Below are positions 50,863-56,220 of a DNA stretch of 56,220 nt, piece by piece. A program made the position numbers and the translations under genes. The notes below the pieces were generated by a model. That model searched no databases. It saw only the letters and a program-made list of their open reading frames with translations, and was not told the DNA's origin. This DNA comes from Chiloscyllium plagiosum (lineage: Eukaryota): positions 38,751,983-38,808,202 of the forward strand of contig NC_057718.1 of assembly GCF_004010195.1 (NCBI RefSeq), written 5' to 3'. Every line of letters starts with the position of its first letter. Position 1 is the stretch's first letter.

Positions 50863-53800
50863 CCCACTAATTGCTTTCAGAAGGCTGGTGATGCATTTCT
50901 AGAGAATAATTGTAGCTGTTTTCATCCAGGAGGGTGGTGTGTGATCGATTGTATTCTTATCTTGTGCCTTACAAATGGCAGGATGGCTTTGAGATGTCAA
51001 AGGATGAGCCACATGTCACATAATACCAACCCTACATCCCAAAAGGCTACTGATTGGTTAGTCCAGTTCAACCTATCAATGGTGAGCCCAGGATACTTTA
51101 TTTTTAGATGATTTTTACCTGGCACTTATGTGATGTAAATATTACTAGCTATTTGTCAGTCAAATCTAAATGTTTCCAAGTGATGCTTGGCTTGTTATCT
51201 ATTCAGTTATGAATGCAGGTGAACACTTAGATCATCGTGGTGATAATTCCTCCTCTTGTGCTCCGAACCTGTCTCCAAGTCATTGTGTGGGTGTAGGAAA
51301 CTGAAAGATGAAACATACGTGATTAACTGTTGACTGATCATGGCCATGTATTAGTATCTGAATATCTGTAACAGAGTGGAAACACAATAAAAATAAACAA
51401 CTATCATGGGTTATACAGCTATTCCTTGAAGTGGAATTCACCTCACAAACGGATATATGTTAACTGAACTGAAATCTTGTTCTTGGAAGCTCAATTTACA
51501 ATTCAAATTCTTTTCCTGAAAAAATAAGTACAGCAATTTAAAAGAGGAAACCACCTTTTAACTCATTCAGGAGAATGCAAGCTTCACTGGCTGAGCCAGC
51601 ATTTATTACCCATCCTAGCTGCCCTGTAGAAAGAGATGTTAAGCTGCCATCTTGAATTGCAGCAGTCTTTGGAGAGTGAATAGATATACCCACAGTGCTG
51701 TTCGAGAAGGATTTTGATCCAGAGATAATGAAGGAACTAAGTCAGGATGATGAGTGGCTTGGGGATGAACCTGCAGGGACTTGTTCTTCCTTCTAGATGG
51801 GAGTGTTCATGGGTTTTGAAGGTGCTTCATATAAGGAACCTAGATGAACCTTTGGGGTACAACTTGTAGATGGCACACATTGTTGCTATTATGTGTTGGT
51901 GGGGAAATGAGTAAATGTTATAGATTTGGTGCTGATCAATTGGGCCGCTTTGTCAAGCTTTTTGAATATTATTGGAACTGCACCCATCCAACCAAATAAT
52001 GAATATTCCTTCACACTCCTGATATACATTATAGATGGGGGACAGGCTTTGACTTGAGTGAGTTACTCCAGCAATACTATACACCCATCAACAAACCTGG
52101 AATAGACTCCAGTCTTCAACACCAATCAGATGACAAAAATGCTTCAAATGTAAAACTGCATTATCCCTCTAAGCTAAAATAATATACTGTTGCAGCAAAC
52201 TAATCAAAATGTTCATAAAATATAAAATGGAATAAAATATTTACATAATCAATTAATAGTGAGGGAGGCAACTGTAGAGGTCAGGGCATTAGTATAACAT
52301 GTAAGACAGGAAATAAGATAGTGATGGTGTACAGATGAAGCAGAACAGATGGAGGACAGAGATACAGTTTTTTGGAATGTCATTAAAATCCTTTAAAGGA
52401 ATCATTAGGAAAATGAGTTGAGCATTGCCACCTTATAGAAAGAAGAGTCATAGTGATGCAGCATAGAAACAGACCCTTCGGTCCAAGCAGTCCATGCGGA
52501 CCATGTTCCCAAACTAAACTAGTCCTACCTACCTGCTGTTGGCCAATATCCCTCCAAACCTTTCCTAGTCATGAACTTATCCAAATGTCTATTAAACATT
52601 GTAACAGTACTTATCCACCACTTTCTCCAGCAGTTCATTCCTCACGAACCATACTCTGTAATGGGAAACATAAAAACATAGCACCAGAAAAACAGATGGA
52701 TTTATTTTTAACATGACCATTGGTATCAAAGACAAAAAGCAAACGTCAACAACTGATTATGTCATGTCAAGACTTGCCATAGTCCAACAGAGATTAAACA
52801 TAAACAAATCATGCTATAATGTAAAGTCACTGGCATCTGTTATAAAGAAAGTAATTCAAAATTATTAAACAAGAGTGAAACTAATAAATCTGACTCAATG
52901 TGGTTTTAGTGAAGACAGATCCAATTCTTTGGGGATTTTTTTGATGACGCAGCAGAATTGTACATGATGGTACAGTAATGATGGGAAAATTGTGTTATGC
53001 TTTAATTTTCAGAAGATATTTGGCAGATTATCTCACAGATTTATGCCTGATATCAAAATCTCTAGGGATCAAGAAGGGAAAAGTAAATTGGACATTATCG
53101 TAAGAACCACATAAAACTGAGAAACATTGGATCAAAACAATAGGAATACTAAATAAAGAACAACTATGGACAATATTTTATCTATGATTCAGATAATAAG
53201 ATTTGATTTTTATGTCCAGCTGGGGCTGCTTTCAAGGTCGCCTGACAGCCACTAAAGTAGCTGCACCAACCTGCCTGCCTGTTCTCCATTCCTGCCCATT
53301 CCCACATCATTTTGTGGAGGGATGAGGTGACAGCAGAACTACTTATCTACACTTGGCAGGTAGCCATGTAAGATTTAGAATTGGGGGTCCACAGTTATCT
53401 AGAGTAGGCAGCCAACTATTCATGAGTAATGTCAAATTTAATTTTAAATAGTTTAAGTATTTTAAGAAGCAACTGTTTAGATAAAATATGTAAGTAAAAT
53501 AGTTAGGGAAAGTACACAGCCTGAGACAGTTGAGGGCTTTGCTCTGAAGCCAGATGAGGGCATAGAATATGTTGACTTCAATAGAATGTGAAGGGGCATT
53601 CTTCTGTCCAACTCGAATGTTACGGACTCTCCCCGAGGCTTCTTCCACCTTGTCTGATCCACATTCCAATCAAAGATGGCAGCTTCCTGATGAGCACTGG
53701 CTCCTAACAGACCGCCCTGATGACAACTTGTTGATCCACTTGAATTTTAGTTTGAATTACATTAATCAGCTATTTGAACCTCTCTAATTAATCAATACAG

Positions 53801-54249
53801 GTCAGATCACAACATATTAGATGGTCCATTCCCTCCTCCAGCTCAAGGTCAGCTTTTCCAAATATGTCATACTTACTAAACACTTGGATAGATAAATGGA
53901 GACACAGAGTGGGGCCATCCTACCTAATTGGAAATGTCAAAGTGGGGGTCTAAACCAAGAGACCCTGACGTATCCAAGGTTTGTTTGTATACATCTAGAG
54001 TCAGAAAGAAATGCCATTATGCTAGACAGGTAATTTTTAAAAAGTATTCTATCCTTATTTCAAAAAGTGTCATTTCATAAAGGTCCAATTTTTTCAGACA
54101 ATTAACGTCATTTATTACAAACTAAGGTCCATTAAAAAGAACTGACTGGCAACAACCACCCCCATTGCAGCGGCAGTTGTAATCTGCACTTCAGAGGGAT
54201 CAATCAAGCTCCTCACTGTTCCTTTTCATTCTGCTCCTACTCACATCAG

Positions 54250-54660
54250 AAATGGTCTCATAATAACATGGACCAGGGACAAAACTGGGTGAGGCATTTG
54301 TGCTCTGACCCTCGCAGATGAGGAGGCCCTGATATTGACTACCCTCTCAGGATGTCTTCAATTGCTGTTGGTGAGACAGGACTGTCAACCCAAGAGATTA
54401 ATTTTAAAGGGCAGAGGCACAAGAGTGCATCACATGAAGTACTGGACACTTGGAAGTGCACTTCAGGCCTGGCAGGGATGGAGAGATATGAAGCCCCATA
54501 CCTTGAATGGCTGTGTTCGCTCATGCAGGTCTTGGCTTTCCCAAAGAAAATGGCTATAGAGACCAGGAGCCATATGTCTACCTCTAAGGACCAGGAAAGC
54601 TCAGCGTGTTCAGCTACATCATTCCTCTGCATCATCTGCCAGCCCAGATTCTCTCACATC
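54250..54660 (+). pseudogene. Decayed Harbinger Myb/SANT-like gene fragment (second exon)
   Basis: After a pyrimidine tract and CAG: KWSHNN/RDKTG*GICALTLADEEALIL...SIAVGETG, matching HNxRERxxTGGG...LTxxEEEAL. Confidence 0.5.
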
Positions 54661-54664
54661 AGTG

Positions 54665-55470
54665 AGTCATAGATTCACTGAGATGTACAGCATGGAAACA
54701 GCTGTGATCCAACTGATCCAGATACTCTAAATTAATTGAGTCCCATTTTCTAGCACTTGGCCCATGTCCTCTTAACCCTTTCTAGTCATATACCCGTCTA
54801 GATGCACTTTAAATGTTGTAATTGTACCAGCTTCCATCACTTCCTCTGGCAGCTCATTCCATACACGCACACCCTCTGCGTGAAAAGGTTGCCCCTTAGG
54901 TCCCTTAAACGTTTTTCCCCTTACACCCTAAACCTTTGCCCTCTAGTTCTGGACTCCCCCACCCCAGAGAAAATGCCCTGCCTATTTATCCTATTCATGC
55001 CCCTCATGGTTTTATAAACCTCTATAAGGTCACCCCTCAGCCTCCGATATTCTAGGGAAAACAGCCCCTGCCTGTTCAGCCTCACCCTATAGCTCAAACC
55101 TGGCAACATTTTTGTAAAATATTTTCTGAACCCTTTCAAGTTTCACAACATCATTCTTATAGGAGGGAGATCACAAATGCATGGAATATTCCAAAAGTGA
55201 CTTAACCAATGTCCTGTATACCCACAACATAACCTCCCAATTCCTATACTCAATGATCTGACCAATAAAGGAAAGCATACCCAATGCTTTCTTCACTATC
55301 CTACCTACCTGCGACTCCACTTTCAAGGAACTATGAACCTGACTCCAAGGTCTCTTTGTTCAGCAAAACTTCCCAGGACCTTACCATTAAGTGTATAAGC
55401 TCTACCCTGATTTGCCTTTCCAAAATGCAGCATCTCACATTTATCTAAAATAAACTCCATCTGCCACCAA
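54665..55470 (-). mobile_element. CR1 LINE 3' fragment
   Basis: FTKMLPGLSYRVRLNRQGLFSLEYRRLRGDLIEVYKTMRGMNR; WQMEF motif near 55460. Confidence 0.9.
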
Positions 55471-55633
55471 AACAAAACTCACCATGGTTAGATTCAGAGT
55501 CACGGGCTGGAGGGTGTGACAGGCAAAGTCACTAACTGTGGGAAGCCAGAATCACATTGAGTTCTAGGCTGATGACTGGCCTCTACAAACATGACACCTT
55601 TTACAGTTTGATGAATATTTGGGGGGAATTACT

Positions 55634-56220
55634 AGAGCTGAAAATGTGTTGCTGGAAAAGCGCAGCAGGTCAGGCAGCATCCAAGGAACAGGAGAATCGA
55701 TGTTTCGGGCATAAGCCCTTCTTCAGGAAGGAGGAAAGTGTGCCCAGCAGGCTAAGATAAAAGGTAGGGAGGAGGGACTTGGGGGAGGGGCATTGGAAAT
55801 GCGATAGGTGGAAGGAGGGAGGCGCGGTAGTAGTTTGGCGCACCGACCTTTATACCGCTGAGGCTAAACGCCAGCTCGGGGACACCTCCTCCTACTGCCC
55901 CCTTGACCATGACCCCACCTCCCACCACCAAACCATCCCAGACCATCCATAACCTCATCACCTCAGGGGATCTCCCATCCACCGCCTCCAACCTCATAGT
56001 CCCACAACCCCACACCGCCCGTTTCTACCTCCTGCCCAAAATCCACAAACCTGACTGCCCCGGCCGACCCATTGTCTCAGCCTGCTCCTGCCCCACCGAA
56101 CTCATCTCTGCATACCTCGACACGGTCCTGTCCCCCTTAGTCCAAGAACTTCCCACCTATGTTCGGGACACCACCCACGCCCTCCACCTCCTCCATGATT
56201 TTCGCTTCCCCGGTCCCCAA
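55634..56220 (+). mobile_element. Young Penelope-like element: inverted pLTR (55634-55818, hammerhead motif 55695-55729 on -) followed by an RT fragment running off the right edge
   Basis: [26 protein letters not shown]...(frameshift)...[35 protein letters not shown]...YVRDTTHAL is a Penelope-type RT; CpG-rich. Confidence 0.9.

Overview
Vertebrate genomic DNA. The SINE/LINE repertoire (HE1-type SINEs, CR1, Penelope-like elements) points to a cartilaginous fish, probably a shark; this is inference. One protein-coding gene is supported: SERTAD4 on the + strand, with a CpG-island promoter (~5.7-8.5 kb), a probable non-coding first exon, three coding exons (8205-8349, 16717-16832, 17734-18525; 350 aa; SERTA domain) and a ~1 kb 3' UTR. 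The rest is intronic or intergenic and rich in repeats: CR1, L2 and RTE LINE fragments, tRNA-derived SINEs, Penelope-like retroelements (GIY-YIG and RT remnants), and several decayed PIF/Harbinger relics (one transposase fragment, four Myb/SANT-like gene fragments). There is one 382-nt assembly gap. The most notable non-obvious signal is a set of minimal hammerhead-ribozyme motifs in the terminal repeats of two different Penelope-like families, two with intact cores. Also notable are a TSD-flanked 211-bp palindromic mini-element made of two such motifs, and a pair of overlapping perfect 16-bp hairpins. Hammerheads in Penelope elements are a known phenomenon, so I do not claim a new system. Repeat family names come from recalled consensus motifs, not database searches, and repeat boundaries are approximate.
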